Counted from the stretch's first letter, positions 1 through 9,359 are shown. The stretch is 57,268 nucleotides of DNA from an uncultured bacterium (GCA_949291575.1 CASEWH010000067.1:1-57268); one strand, 5' to 3'. Program-made: numbers and translations. Notes: generated by a model from the letters alone, not told the origin.

Positions 1-616
1 CTAGACTAGAACCATATGCAACTAAACCCTAACGAGAAACTCTTCCATAAGTAGGTTTTAATCCTACAATACCTGTATAATTAGAAGGATTTCTTATACT
101 TCCACCTGTATCACTACCAATGGCAAGAGGAACAAGACCACCTGCAACAGAAACAGCACTACCACCAGAACTACCACCACTAACACGTTTTTTATCATGA
201 GGGTTTAAAGGAGCACCAAAGTAACTAGTCTCACTAGTAGAACCCATAGCAAACTCATCCATGTTTGTTTTACCAATAATTAGCATTTTCTTATCTTTAA
301 GTTTTTTTACAACAGTTGCATCATATATAGGTATAAAATTATCTAAGATATGTGAGGCACAGGTTGTTCTTAAGTCTTTAGTTACAATATTATCTTTAAC
401 AGCGATAGGAATACCAAAGAAAATATTATCAGGGTCTACTTCTCCTAAGTCTTCCGCTTCTTCTCTTACTTTATCATTTATGGTAATAAAAGCATTTAAA
501 TCTTTATTTTCTTCTATTCTTTTTAATGCTTCTTCTACTAAATCAAGAGGAGTTATTTTTTTCTCAACTAATAACTCATGTATTTCTTTAATACTTAAAT
601 CTAAATATTTACTCAT
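1..616 (-). CDS. gatA: Glu/Asp-tRNA amidotransferase subunit A, N-terminal ~205 codons. The gene runs off the window start and carries an in-frame TAG at 29-31.
   Basis: Amidase signature [12 protein letters not shown] and [11 protein letters not shown]. After the TAG the same frame continues GLVAYGSSL, the conserved GatA continuation. Confidence 0.9.
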
Positions 617-902
617 TAATCATCACCGGCACTTCTATAAAACTTCCATTCTTTTTAGGAGCATTTATTGTCGCTTCTTTCGCACTTAACATATCTCCTA
701 CAACATCTTCTCTTAATCTAGTATTCTCTTCTATTGGTGTATACATCATTTCATCATCAAAGTCTTTTACATCTTTTATTTTATCTATATCATCCATTAG
801 TACTTTAAGATCTCCTCTAAACTTCTCTATTTCTTCTTCAGTTAAAGAAATACGAGCTAGATGAGCAACATGTAGTACTTCTTCTCTACTTAATTTATCC
901 AT
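609..902 (-). CDS. gatC: Glu/Asp-tRNA amidotransferase subunit C
   Basis: 97 aa with [21 protein letters not shown]. The stop overlaps the gatA start by 8 nt. Confidence 0.9.
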   Translation of the reverse strand: MDKLSREEVLHVAHLARISLTEEEIEKFRGDLKVLMDDIDKIKDVKDFDDEMMYTPIEENTRLREDVVGDMLSAKEATINAPKKNGSFIEVPVMINE

Positions 903-974
903 AATTCCTCCTTTTTCTTACTAGCTTAGTATACCACAGATTAAAAACAAAAAAAAGTAATAGTACTTATATTG

Positions 975-1568
975 CTATACTTTCCTACTACCTAATTTTA
1001 AAACTCTTTCATTCGCTTTCGCCATTTCCTCTTTTCTTTTATAATCATTTTCTAAAGCTATTTCAAGAAAATACTTTTGATCTAAGAAACGTTCAACTTT
1101 ATAAAAATCTCTATTCTTCTCCAATTCATCTAACTCTCTTTTAATTATTTCATCTTTAACATAATTTTCTTTATATTCAAAATTAAATATTTGTAAATAT
1201 TCTTCTAAAGCTTTTAAATAATCTGGACTATTGTTTTCCCTTAAAAATATATCTATTTCCTTAAAACTAATAATATCTTGGCCATAATTAATTGATGTTA
1301 ATGGTTTAAGAAAAGGACTTTCTTGTAAATATATTTTATAAGTAGCAGGATAAACTTTCTTTCCTATCTTTCTTTTATCCTTTAATTTAATTTTTCTTAA
1401 ATAATTATCATTAACTGGTATTAATCTATCAGTTATATCAACTACTCTATTACCAAAGCTTGTAGAGATTTTATCTGTAATAAGATTAAAATCACTTTCT
1501 AAATAACTAATGTTATATAAACTTAAAACTCCTTTATTAGGTAAATAAAATTCTTTTCTAATTTCCAT
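975..1568 (-). CDS. Hypothetical protein, downstream member of a tandem paralog pair
   Basis: 197 aa. The first ~28 residues (MEIRKEFYLPNKGVLSLYNI.YLESDFNL) and the C-terminal EEMAK.NER.LKL match the neighbour 1581-2267. RBS AAGGAGAAAATT precedes the ATG. Confidence 0.7.
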   Translation of the reverse strand: MEIRKEFYLPNKGVLSLYNISYLESDFNLITDKISTSFGNRVVDITDRLIPVNDNYLRKIKLKDKRKIGKKVYPATYKIYLQESPFLKPLTSINYGQDIISFKEIDIFLRENNSPDYLKALEEYLQIFNFEYKENYVKDEIIKRELDELEKNRDFYKVERFLDQKYFLEIALENDYKRKEEMAKANERVLKLGSRKV

Positions 1569-1580
1569 AATTTTCTCCTT

Positions 1581-2267
1581 TTATTTATTAGTACAAACTA
1601 ATTTTAAAATTCTTTCATTAGATTTCGCCATTTCCTGTTTTCTATGATACTCTTCTTCTATCTGTTTTTCAAGAGAATACTTATTACTAAATAGATTACT
1701 AAAATCACTCTTAATTATCCGATTTAACTCTTCTTTAATTAAATCTTCTTTAGAATAAACTTCTCTATATTCAAAATTAAAAACTTTTAAATATTCTCTT
1801 AGATATTTTTGATATTTATCTATATTATCACTATTTAAGAAACTAGCAATTTTATCAAAGGTAATAATATTAGTAGGAAATGTTAGTCCATATAGACTTT
1901 CTTGATAAGTTATAGAATTAGTATTAATTTGGTTAAATAACTGTAAATAAGACTGGTAATTATAATCAATAGGAGTTAAATATTCTATAAATTCATCTTC
2001 TATCATAGTATCTTTAAACATATAAAATGGTTTTTCCTTCTTTTCTTCACTTCTTGTTTTTAAATCAGAAAAAATCATTTTCAAATCATTATCTTTAAAT
2101 GAAGGCAATTTACTACTAATAGAATTATAAAGTTCTTTAGAAGCCTCACATTTTAAACTATCAGAAATATTTTTTATAACTAAATTAAAATCACTTTCTA
2201 AATATCTTATATTATATAAACTTAAAACTCCTTTATTAGGTAAATAAAATTCTTTTCTAATTTCCAT
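1581..2267 (-). CDS. Hypothetical protein, upstream member of a tandem paralog pair
   Basis: 228 aa, same N- and C-terminal blocks as 975-1568. The start overlaps the stop of the U32 gene. Confidence 0.7.
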   Translation of the reverse strand: MEIRKEFYLPNKGVLSLYNIRYLESDFNLVIKNISDSLKCEASKELYNSISSKLPSFKDNDLKMIFSDLKTRSEEKKEKPFYMFKDTMIEDEFIEYLTPIDYNYQSYLQLFNQINTNSITYQESLYGLTFPTNIITFDKIASFLNSDNIDKYQKYLREYLKVFNFEYREVYSKEDLIKEELNRIIKSDFSNLFSNKYSLEKQIEEEYHRKQEMAKSNERILKLVCTNK

Positions 2268-4260
2268 GATTTTCTCCTACAAAATAAACATTATCATAAT
2301 TAAACTCTTTTTCATCTAAATTAAGACTATAACTAGAATTAATATGAGTACATCTTCCATCAAAGTAAGTTTTAAATTTATCATTTTTAACATTAACTAA
2401 AGTATAAGTAGTATCTTTATCTATATTTAGAATATTACCTTTAATAATCATCACTTCTACATAACCTTTAGTTTTAACTACTAAAGGAATATTACCGTGC
2501 TTTTTTCTAATAGATTCTATTAAGTCTTTTAACTCTATATTATTAAGTTCTACTGATAAAGCAACTGCTTTATACCCCAACTTATAAAGATAATAAGCGG
2601 TATATGAATTAAAGACATTTAAATGGTAGGAGCTGGTTACATCAGTAGTTGGTCTAAATAAATTACTAACAACACTTTTATCTTTTAAGACATCTTTAAT
2701 ATATAAAGGGTTTCTTTCTACTTCCCCGTAATTATCTAAATCTATTATCTCTTTAGTATTTATTTTATCAAAAGTTACTTCATTAATAATAGGTTCTTTA
2801 TAATCATTAAGACGTTCCCCTATTAATCTTTCTGATAAAGTTCTTCTTGCAATATTTAAATCTCCTATTCTAATAAAAATATCTTCATCCATATCTATAG
2901 ATATATGTTTAGAAACAAATGGAGTATTACCTAATTTTTCTAACTGACTAATTAATCTATCTTTAGATATAGGATTATTAATAGATTTCTCTACTACATT
3001 ACCAGTATAAGTAACAGTATGAGATAAATCACTAAAACTTAAAGTAAATACTTCCCCAACCTTTGCTTTCACATCTATATTAATAGGAACTTTTCTTGTA
3101 ATAGTAAAGTCAGTTATTTCAAGAGATTTATCAGTAGTCTTTCTAACTTCATCTAAACTAGTTAACTTAACTTTATTATCTACTTCAACTATTTGTTTAG
3201 GATTTCCTTTATTTATTAAATTATCTTTTAGATCATATAGATAATTAACAATCATTCCTTTATTACTTTCTCTAAATCTAATACCATCACCTTGTAATAG
3301 AGATCTATCAAGTTCTATTTTAATCCTCTCATCATTAACATCTATAACTTTACCCAAATGACTTCCTAAATGATTAGGACTTTTCTTATTAATTAAGTCT
3401 TCATCATTAAATAAATGACCTTTCGTAAAACCTCTATAAAACATACTCTTTAAGTCTTCTAAATCCTTAGTAGTTAATTCTTCGTCATCAAGTATTTTAC
3501 GATAATATTTTGTAATAAAACCTACATAAGATGGACTTTTCATTCTTCCTTCTATCTTAAGACTAGTAATATTACTAGGCAATTTCTTAATATCAACGGA
3601 AGTATTTAACTCTTTCATTGATAAAAGGTATCCTTCATCTATTAGAGTTTTATCTTTATATAATTTATAAGGTAATCTACAACTACCAACACACTCTCCT
3701 CTATTACCACTTCTACCACCTAGCATAGAGCTAAAGAGACAATTACCTGAATAACTTACACATAAGGCTCCATGAATAAAGACTTCTATTTCAATAGGAA
3801 TATCTATTTTCTTAATATCATCAATACTCATCTCTCTTGGTAGTACTACACGTTTTACACCCATCTCATATAGAAGTTTAATAGTCTCATAACTACTACT
3901 ATTAACTTGAGTTGAAGCGTGTATTTCAAGATTAGGATACTTTTCTAAACATAAAGAAATCATCCCAAAGTCTTGCATAAGAATAGCATCTACTCCTAGA
4001 CTATATAAAAACTCTACTTCTTTAAGAAAATTTTCTACTTCATTTTCCTTTACTAAAGTATTCATTGTTACATAAACCTTAACACCATATATTTTACCAA
4101 GTTTTAAAACAGTTTTTAATTCTTCTTCCGTAAAATTTTTAGCATAACTTCTTGCTCCAAACATTTTACCTGATAAATAGATAGCATCTGCCCCATTGTT
4201 TAATGCTGCATAAAATGAATTTATATCTCCTGCTGGTACTAATAGTTCCATAAATATCAC
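2257..4260 (-). CDS. Peptidase U32 family protein (collagenase-like / RNA-hydroxylation family)
   Basis: MELLVPAGD start region and U32 signature EVFIHGALCVSYSGNCLFS plus GNRGECVGSCR. The true start may be the ATG at 4251. Confidence 0.85.
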   Translation of the reverse strand: MIFMELLVPAGDINSFYAALNNGADAIYLSGKMFGARSYAKNFTEEELKTVLKLGKIYGVKVYVTMNTLVKENEVENFLKEVEFLYSLGVDAILMQDFGMISLCLEKYPNLEIHASTQVNSSSYETIKLLYEMGVKRVVLPREMSIDDIKKIDIPIEIEVFIHGALCVSYSGNCLFSSMLGGRSGNRGECVGSCRLPYKLYKDKTLIDEGYLLSMKELNTSVDIKKLPSNITSLKIEGRMKSPSYVGFITKYYRKILDDEELTTKDLEDLKSMFYRGFTKGHLFNDEDLINKKSPNHLGSHLGKVIDVNDERIKIELDRSLLQGDGIRFRESNKGMIVNYLYDLKDNLINKGNPKQIVEVDNKVKLTSLDEVRKTTDKSLEITDFTITRKVPINIDVKAKVGEVFTLSFSDLSHTVTYTGNVVEKSINNPISKDRLISQLEKLGNTPFVSKHISIDMDEDIFIRIGDLNIARRTLSERLIGERLNDYKEPIINEVTFDKINTKEIIDLDNYGEVERNPLYIKDVLKDKSVVSNLFRPTTDVTSSYHLNVFNSYTAYYLYKLGYKAVALSVELNNIELKDLIESIRKKHGNIPLVVKTKGYVEVMIIKGNILNIDKDTTYTLVNVKNDKFKTYFDGRCTHINSSYSLNLDEKEFNYDNVYFVGENHGN

Positions 4261-4273
4261 CGTCTTTCATGTC

Positions 4274-4642
4274 TTATAAATATAATTTTGATATTAAATC
4301 ATCTTGGTATGCTTGATATTTCTTTACAAACTCTTCTTTTTTACTAGATGGTAATTCTGCTATTTTAACACCTAACTTACTTCTAGGTCCTGTATATATC
4401 TTAGTTGTTTTAATTATAGACTCTCTTGCTAATCCTAATTCTTTCGCTAACTTTTTATCTAATAAGATATCATAAATACCACATTCTGCAGATGATGAAA
4501 TAATTACATAATGAATATCTACATATTGTAACTGATTATTACTATCATCTCCAATTACTAAAACTGGTCTTACTTTCGCTTCACCTGTATTATTAGGTTT
4601 TGTCGCTAAATATGTCCAAATTTCTCCCTGCATTAATCCCAC
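4274..4642 (-). CDS. PemK/MazF-fold toxin-like protein
   Basis: 122 aa. GEIW...VRPVLVIG...VIISSS...SIIKTT pattern typical of the MazF/PemK fold. Overlaps the upstream DUF4065 gene by 10 nt. Confidence 0.6.
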   Translation of the reverse strand: MGLMQGEIWTYLATKPNNTGEAKVRPVLVIGDDSNNQLQYVDIHYVIISSSAECGIYDILLDKKLAKELGLARESIIKTTKIYTGPRSKLGVKIAELPSSKKEEFVKKYQAYQDDLISKLYL

Positions 4643-5097
4643 TCCTCATCATCTGGTTGTAATACATAACTAGTAAAATAGGCAGCGATATTAGATTTTG
4701 GTATGGTCTTATCACTTCTCTCATCCGGATCTAATCCCGTGCGTGATAATAACCATGGCTCTTCTTTATGAGTTCTCTCTTCTAAATATTTAGCATCATA
4801 CTTTGCATAGTTTTTCTTTACATATTCTAACAAATCAATTACATCGTTACTAAATTCTTTTAGGTTATAATTTAAATCAATAGGATTATACTCATAGCTT
4901 TTATATTCATGATATATAGAAGGAATAACTGGTCCATGAACCCAAGCTTCAAAGTCATCATTAAATAGTTCTTTATCATAAAAAGCATAAGAAAAACCTT
5001 GAGCAAAATATAATAATTTTTGTAATTTTAAAGGTTCAGGATGTAGTTCATTTATAAAGTATTTAGCAATGTCCATAGCTTTATATTCATTTTCCAT
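4633..5097 (-). CDS. Panacea (DUF4065, SocA/GepA-like) domain protein, putative antitoxin
   Basis: 154 aa. MDIAKYFI...KLQKLLYFAQGFSYAF...EAWVHGPVIPSIY is the characteristic DUF4065 core. Confidence 0.75.
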   Translation of the reverse strand: MENEYKAMDIAKYFINELHPEPLKLQKLLYFAQGFSYAFYDKELFNDDFEAWVHGPVIPSIYHEYKSYEYNPIDLNYNLKEFSNDVIDLLEYVKKNYAKYDAKYLEERTHKEEPWLLSRTGLDPDERSDKTIPKSNIAAYFTSYVLQPDDEEWD

Positions 5098-5216
5098 TAA
5101 TTAATCTCCTCCTAACGTTTTATTAAATATAGAATAGCATAACCTAAACAAATATTCTAGTTATTTTATGAAAAAAAGTACTAAGAGTTATCTTAATACT
5201 TTTTATCAAAAAAATA

Positions 5217-5531
5217 CTATTTCATTTTTCTTACTTTCTCTTCTGCTTTAGCTTGTGAGATTGCAACTGGAATAGATGCTAAAGCACCACTAGTTACTGC
5301 TGCACCAAGCCAAGTTTCTATAGTTCCATAAAAATTATTGACAAAATCACCAACAAAAGTAGCATCATCCATTCTAAAATTCATTCCAAAAACATTATTT
5401 GCTACAGCAAATCCCATAGGAATAGCAGCTAAAGCAACTCCTGCAACTGCTCCTTTAATAGCATAATTCTTCTTCAAATTTTTCTCATAGATTTCTAAAT
5501 TAGAAACTTTATTTTCTTTAGCATTTTTCAT
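5217..5531 (-). CDS. Small membrane protein, unknown function
   Basis: 104 aa with two hydrophobic Gly/Ala-rich segments. Good RBS AAAGGGGGAA. Confidence 0.6.
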   Translation of the reverse strand: MKNAKENKVSNLEIYEKNLKKNYAIKGAVAGVALAAIPMGFAVANNVFGMNFRMDDATFVGDFVNNFYGTIETWLGAAVTSGALASIPVAISQAKAEEKVRKMK

Positions 5532-5586
5532 AAATTATTCCCCCTTTACTAAAGTAGCTATATTATAATATTTTTTCTTATAAAAG

Positions 5587-6228
5587 TCAAATAATTTCTT
5601 GATCATCTTTAATTATTTGCATTTCATTATTTAACTTTAACATCTTTTGGTCTAGTGCATGAATATCCTCTGCACACTTATGCATACCTTCTTTTATTTC
5701 TTCTGGTATTTCTCCTTTAAATTTATAAGTTATTTTATGGTCTAAACTAGCCCAGAAGTCCATGGCAACGGTTCTAATCTGTATTTCTGCTTCTACCAAA
5801 GTAACACCATCTATTAAGTAAACTGGTACATAAACTAGTAAATGATAACTATAATATCCAGTATCTTTAGGATTACTTATATAATCTTTCTTATCACGAA
5901 TTGTAATTTGATTACTATCTTCTATTATTTTTACTATTTCATATACATCTGATAAAAATGAACAAACTATTCTAAGTCCTACCATATCATGGACATGTTC
6001 TTCTATATTTTTAGTTGTTAATTCATAACCTCTAGAAATTAATTTTTTTGTAGCACTGTCATAACTTTTAATACGAGACTTTATATGTTCTACAGGATTA
6101 TAATTATTTTTATGTTCATAATCTTGTAATAAAATACTAATTTGTGTTTCTAAGGTTTTTAGGGCTGCTGTATATTTTAAGATTAACCCTTCTAATTCTT
6201 TATCTTCTTCCATAAATCTCCTTTCCAA
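5587..6228 (-). CDS. Small alarmone synthetase (RelQ/RelP-type GTP pyrophosphokinase)
   Basis: 213 aa single-domain RelA/SpoT synthetase: MVGLRIVC, YYSYHLLV, EIQIRTVAMDFWASLDHK. Confidence 0.85.
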   Translation of the reverse strand: MERRFMEEDKELEGLILKYTAALKTLETQISILLQDYEHKNNYNPVEHIKSRIKSYDSATKKLISRGYELTTKNIEEHVHDMVGLRIVCSFLSDVYEIVKIIEDSNQITIRDKKDYISNPKDTGYYSYHLLVYVPVYLIDGVTLVEAEIQIRTVAMDFWASLDHKITYKFKGEIPEEIKEGMHKCAEDIHALDQKMLKLNNEMQIIKDDQEII

Positions 6229-6245
6229 GATATAAGAACACTAGA

Positions 6246-6683
6246 CTATTTATCTTCTAAGTCTAGTGTTTCTATTTCTTCTACTACAGCCATTTGTTGT
6301 TCTACAATAATTTTTAATTTGCGTTTAAATATCTTTACATTTTTCTCTAATCTATCCGCTTCATCTTCTATTTTTCTAGCTTTTAATAATGACTCTCCCA
6401 CTATCCTTGAAGCATTATGTTTAGCATCACTAACTATAATATCAGCTTCTTCTCTTGCTAGTCTTTTAACATTATCAGCAGTCTTTTCAGCATTAATTAA
6501 AGATTGTTTTAAGGTATTCTCTAAATCCTCATAGTGACTTAATTTGTCTTTAAGATCTGCTATTTCTTTTTTTTGGTCTTTACACTTTTTTATTATACCT
6601 TCAGTCTCTTTAATTACATCTGTTACAAATTTATTAACTTCTGCACGATTATAACCATTCGCTTCATAGTTAAATTTGTCCAT
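6246..6683 (-). CDS. DivIVA-domain protein
   Basis: N-terminal FNYEANGYNRAEVNKFV followed by coiled coil. The start is moved to the ATG preceded by AAGGGATG. Confidence 0.8.
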   Translation of the reverse strand: MDKFNYEANGYNRAEVNKFVTDVIKETEGIIKKCKDQKKEIADLKDKLSHYEDLENTLKQSLINAEKTADNVKRLAREEADIIVSDAKHNASRIVGESLLKARKIEDEADRLEKNVKIFKRKLKIIVEQQMAVVEEIETLDLEDK

Positions 6684-6710
6684 TAATATCACATCCCTTA
6701 GTACGGGTTA

Positions 6711-7139
6711 TTACCAATCAAATTCGTCATCTTCTTGTTTTTTAGATTTTCTTGTAGTCTTAGGAGCAGCATCATCACTAATTTCTCCTTCTACATTAAC
6801 ATTATTCGGAGTACACAAAAATATTCCTCCTCCTAATTTTTGTAAGTCTCCTCCTATAGCATATAAAGTACCACTTAAAAAGTCTACTATTCTTTTCGCT
6901 TGATCTGGTGTTACACGTTTTAAATTAACAACAACAGCATTTCTTTCTTTTAGGTAATCTGCTATTTGTTGGCTCTCAGAATAAGCACGTGGTTCTAATA
7001 ACATCATTTTACTGCCTGCAACACCATTTTCATCCATATAATCTTCTCTACTCACTTTATAATACTCCTCCTCTTTCACTTCTTCTTCATAATTACCATC
7101 ATCACTACCTATTAATTTTTTTAATTTATCTAAAGCCAT
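6711..7139 (-). CDS. sepF: Cell division protein SepF
   Basis: [31 protein letters not shown]...[17 protein letters not shown] core. Lies next to the DivIVA gene. Confidence 0.9.
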   Translation of the reverse strand: MALDKLKKLIGSDDGNYEEEVKEEEYYKVSREDYMDENGVAGSKMMLLEPRAYSESQQIADYLKERNAVVVNLKRVTPDQAKRIVDFLSGTLYAIGGDLQKLGGGIFLCTPNNVNVEGEISDDAAPKTTRKSKKQEDDEFDW

Positions 7140-7199
7140 ATCTTATCCTCCTATTAACTATATATTATACTAACATATTTTTTTAAATTAGAAAAGTAT

Positions 7200-8969
7200 T
7201 TAATTACTTTTATACCAAATATTTTTAATATCAACGTTATTTGATAAAGGTTCAGGATCTGCTTTTTGAAATTGCATATTAATTGGAACTTTAAAAGCAC
7301 TACCAAAGGCAATAGCATTACCTGGTTTTAAACTCTTAAGTTGGTTAGCAACTTCTAGAGTAATTGATGGTACCATATCTTTAATATAAGCCAAATCTTT
7401 TGGATGCAGTGTTCTTAAAATAACAAAGTTTGAACATTGAGATATAGCAGTATCGGAAAGTTCACTAGGTCTTTGCGTAATTAATCCTAATAGAACACCA
7501 TATTTACGTCCTTCTTTAGTAATTCGATCAAAGATATTATAACCAAGTATTTCTGTATCTGTATCTTTTTGAACATATCTATGCGCTTCCTCAATAATTA
7601 TATGATATGGAACACTACCTCTAGCCTCATTTGTAACCGCTGTGTCAAAAATTAGTTTTGATATTATTTTAGTTATAACTTTTGCAAGTCTATCTTCTAT
7701 ATAACTAATATTAAAGTTTACTATTTGACACCTATTTCCGTCCATATTAGTAAATAATCTATCTAAATAAGTTTCTTTATTTATATAAGAAGTTGAATCA
7801 AAGAAAACATGATTAGGACTATTAGCAAGAGTATGTAATCTAACACTTAGGACATTAGCATAGTCATAAACTTTATCACTTTTTAATATACCTTCACTAA
7901 TAAGAGCGAAATCCATTGCGGTTTCTAAATCTTTTAGAGTATAGGCAATAAACTTCTCTGGTCTATCTTCTAAGTTAAAGTCATCCATTATAAATTGTTT
8001 TACAAAGTTAACTACTAACTCCATTTCCATTAGTTTACCAGTCTTATCTATATATAAACATTGTTTAAAAGTCCTAGTATAACCAGGTTGTACTATTTTA
8101 GCATCAAGACTTAAATCTTTGGTATTAAACTTAGTAAGTACTGCAATTACTTGATCTCTTATCTTTGTAGATTGATGTCCACTTAATAAAATATCAAGAA
8201 CCGCTCTTGCAATGATATCATTTTTATATTTAATAACATCAGGATCATCTCCTGTTAAGATATTAACAAGACTTAAAGCTTTCTCAATAATAGGTATTTG
8301 ATTAGGAGTTGTAACATCAAGAAGTAATGCTAAATCATCTACTCCAAGTAACCATAGAGGTATATTTAATATTTCACTCATAGCATTTTCAGGATTAGTT
8401 GTATAAGTTTTATAATGCATATTAGGATTTACTTTATCAATATTACCTAAAGCTCTTGTATACTCTCCATAAGCATCAAACATTATAACATGGGCACCAA
8501 CTGGACTTTTTTTAGGATCTGCAAAAACATTTTGTAAAATACGACTAACTGAGAAAGATTTACCTGCTCCAGAGTTACCTAATATTGCAAAATGATTACT
8601 GAAAAATCCATTTATATCAACATTTATTTTATAGTTTTGATAAATATTAGAAAAGCCAAAAGTAACCTCTTTATCAGTTGGTTCCATCGGTCCTAATATT
8701 AAAGCAAGTTCATCCATTGTTACTATTCTAGTAGTAGATTTAAATGATGGTTTAGCACTAATACCTGGTAAAAATCTATTATCTTTTATTTCTCCTACGA
8801 TATTTATTTTTAAAGTTGTTTTAGTACTATTAACAATCTCTCCTACTATTTTAGTTCCATTATCTTCAAAGATAACATGTAAATTCAATAGATTAGCTTG
8901 CTTAGTTATATCTATAGTCAAATCTAAAATAACATTGTTATCTACTATTTCTCTAATTGTACCTAACAC
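7200..8969 (-). CDS. HerA-like (DUF87) AAA/FtsK-type ATPase
   Basis: 589 aa. N-terminal barrel-like region, Walker A GNSGAGKS, IIIEEAHRY, GRKYGVLLGLITQRPSEL. GTG start with RBS GAAGGTG. Confidence 0.8.
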   Translation of the reverse strand: MLGTIREIVDNNVILDLTIDITKQANLLNLHVIFEDNGTKIVGEIVNSTKTTLKINIVGEIKDNRFLPGISAKPSFKSTTRIVTMDELALILGPMEPTDKEVTFGFSNIYQNYKINVDINGFFSNHFAILGNSGAGKSFSVSRILQNVFADPKKSPVGAHVIMFDAYGEYTRALGNIDKVNPNMHYKTYTTNPENAMSEILNIPLWLLGVDDLALLLDVTTPNQIPIIEKALSLVNILTGDDPDVIKYKNDIIARAVLDILLSGHQSTKIRDQVIAVLTKFNTKDLSLDAKIVQPGYTRTFKQCLYIDKTGKLMEMELVVNFVKQFIMDDFNLEDRPEKFIAYTLKDLETAMDFALISEGILKSDKVYDYANVLSVRLHTLANSPNHVFFDSTSYINKETYLDRLFTNMDGNRCQIVNFNISYIEDRLAKVITKIISKLIFDTAVTNEARGSVPYHIIIEEAHRYVQKDTDTEILGYNIFDRITKEGRKYGVLLGLITQRPSELSDTAISQCSNFVILRTLHPKDLAYIKDMVPSITLEVANQLKSLKPGNAIAFGSAFKVPINMQFQKADPEPLSNNVDIKNIWYKSN

Positions 8970-9044
8970 GTTAACACCTTCTTATTCTATAGAAATTATA
9001 CTATAAAATTCTATTCGTAACAAGTGTATTTTTAATAAGAATTT

Positions 9045-9074
9045 AGAAAAAGACACCTCGTAAAACTTGGTGTC
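9045..9074 (-). terminator. Rho-independent terminator, probably the original host terminator of the tRNA-Arg gene
   Basis: Stem GACACC/GGTGTC (9052-9057 with 9069-9074) followed by a U-run on the minus strand. Confidence 0.5.
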
Positions 9075-9154
9075 AAAATAAAAGTTATAAAAATAATTAT
9101 AGTATACCTTTTTATGTAAATATCTTTAGTATATTACTAAAAATAATAATATCT

Positions 9155-9175
9155 ACTGGCGTCCCCAGAGGGAAT
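9155..9175. repeat. att core copy (displaced 3' end of tRNA-Arg)
   Basis: ACTGGCGTCCCCAGAGGGAAT is identical to 47582-47602. Homology to the tRNA stops after GGAAT. Confidence 0.9.
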
Positions 9176-9277
9176 TGATTTTCAATGATATTTAATAATA
9201 TATTAAAAGAAAATCCTTTATTTTATAACAAATAGTAATATAAAAAAATATACAAAAGTATGTAATTATAGACTTTT

Positions 9278-9300
9278 AAGAGGTAAATAAGGGGTAAAAT
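9278..9300 (+). repeat. 23-bp direct repeat shared with the integrase 3' end; candidate integrase arm-type site
   Basis: AAGAGGTAAATAAGGGGTAAAAT is identical to 47513-47535. In the excised circle the two copies flank the att core. Confidence 0.6.
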
Positions 9301-9330
9301 ATAATAATATAATATTTTTCAAAAAAACTA

Positions 9331-9359
9331 TTGACTGACTGACCGACTTATGCTATAAT
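9331..9359 (+). promoter_or_regulatory. Sigma-A-type promoter of the accessory operon
   Basis: TTGACT, 17-nt spacer, TATAAT. The spacer contains the recurring CTGACCGACTT motif. Confidence 0.6.

Noticed and set aside
29-31. Genome-wide reassignment of TAG as a sense codon
   Set aside because: TAG terminates other well-delimited genes in the window (975-1568 and 5217-5531). A single point change or an error at this codon is more parsimonious.
261-689. 142-aa plus-strand ORF
   Set aside because: It lies entirely antisense to gatA/gatC, has a low-complexity Ser/Leu/Phe-rich translation and no RBS. It is a shadow ORF of AT-rich coding DNA.
5587-6228. Small alarmone synthetase as a toxSAS toxin with the neighbouring small gene as antitoxin
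   Set aside because: Its size and motifs match housekeeping RelQ/RelP-type enzymes. The neighbouring gene is a membrane protein separated by a 55-bp gap, which is not TA-like architecture.
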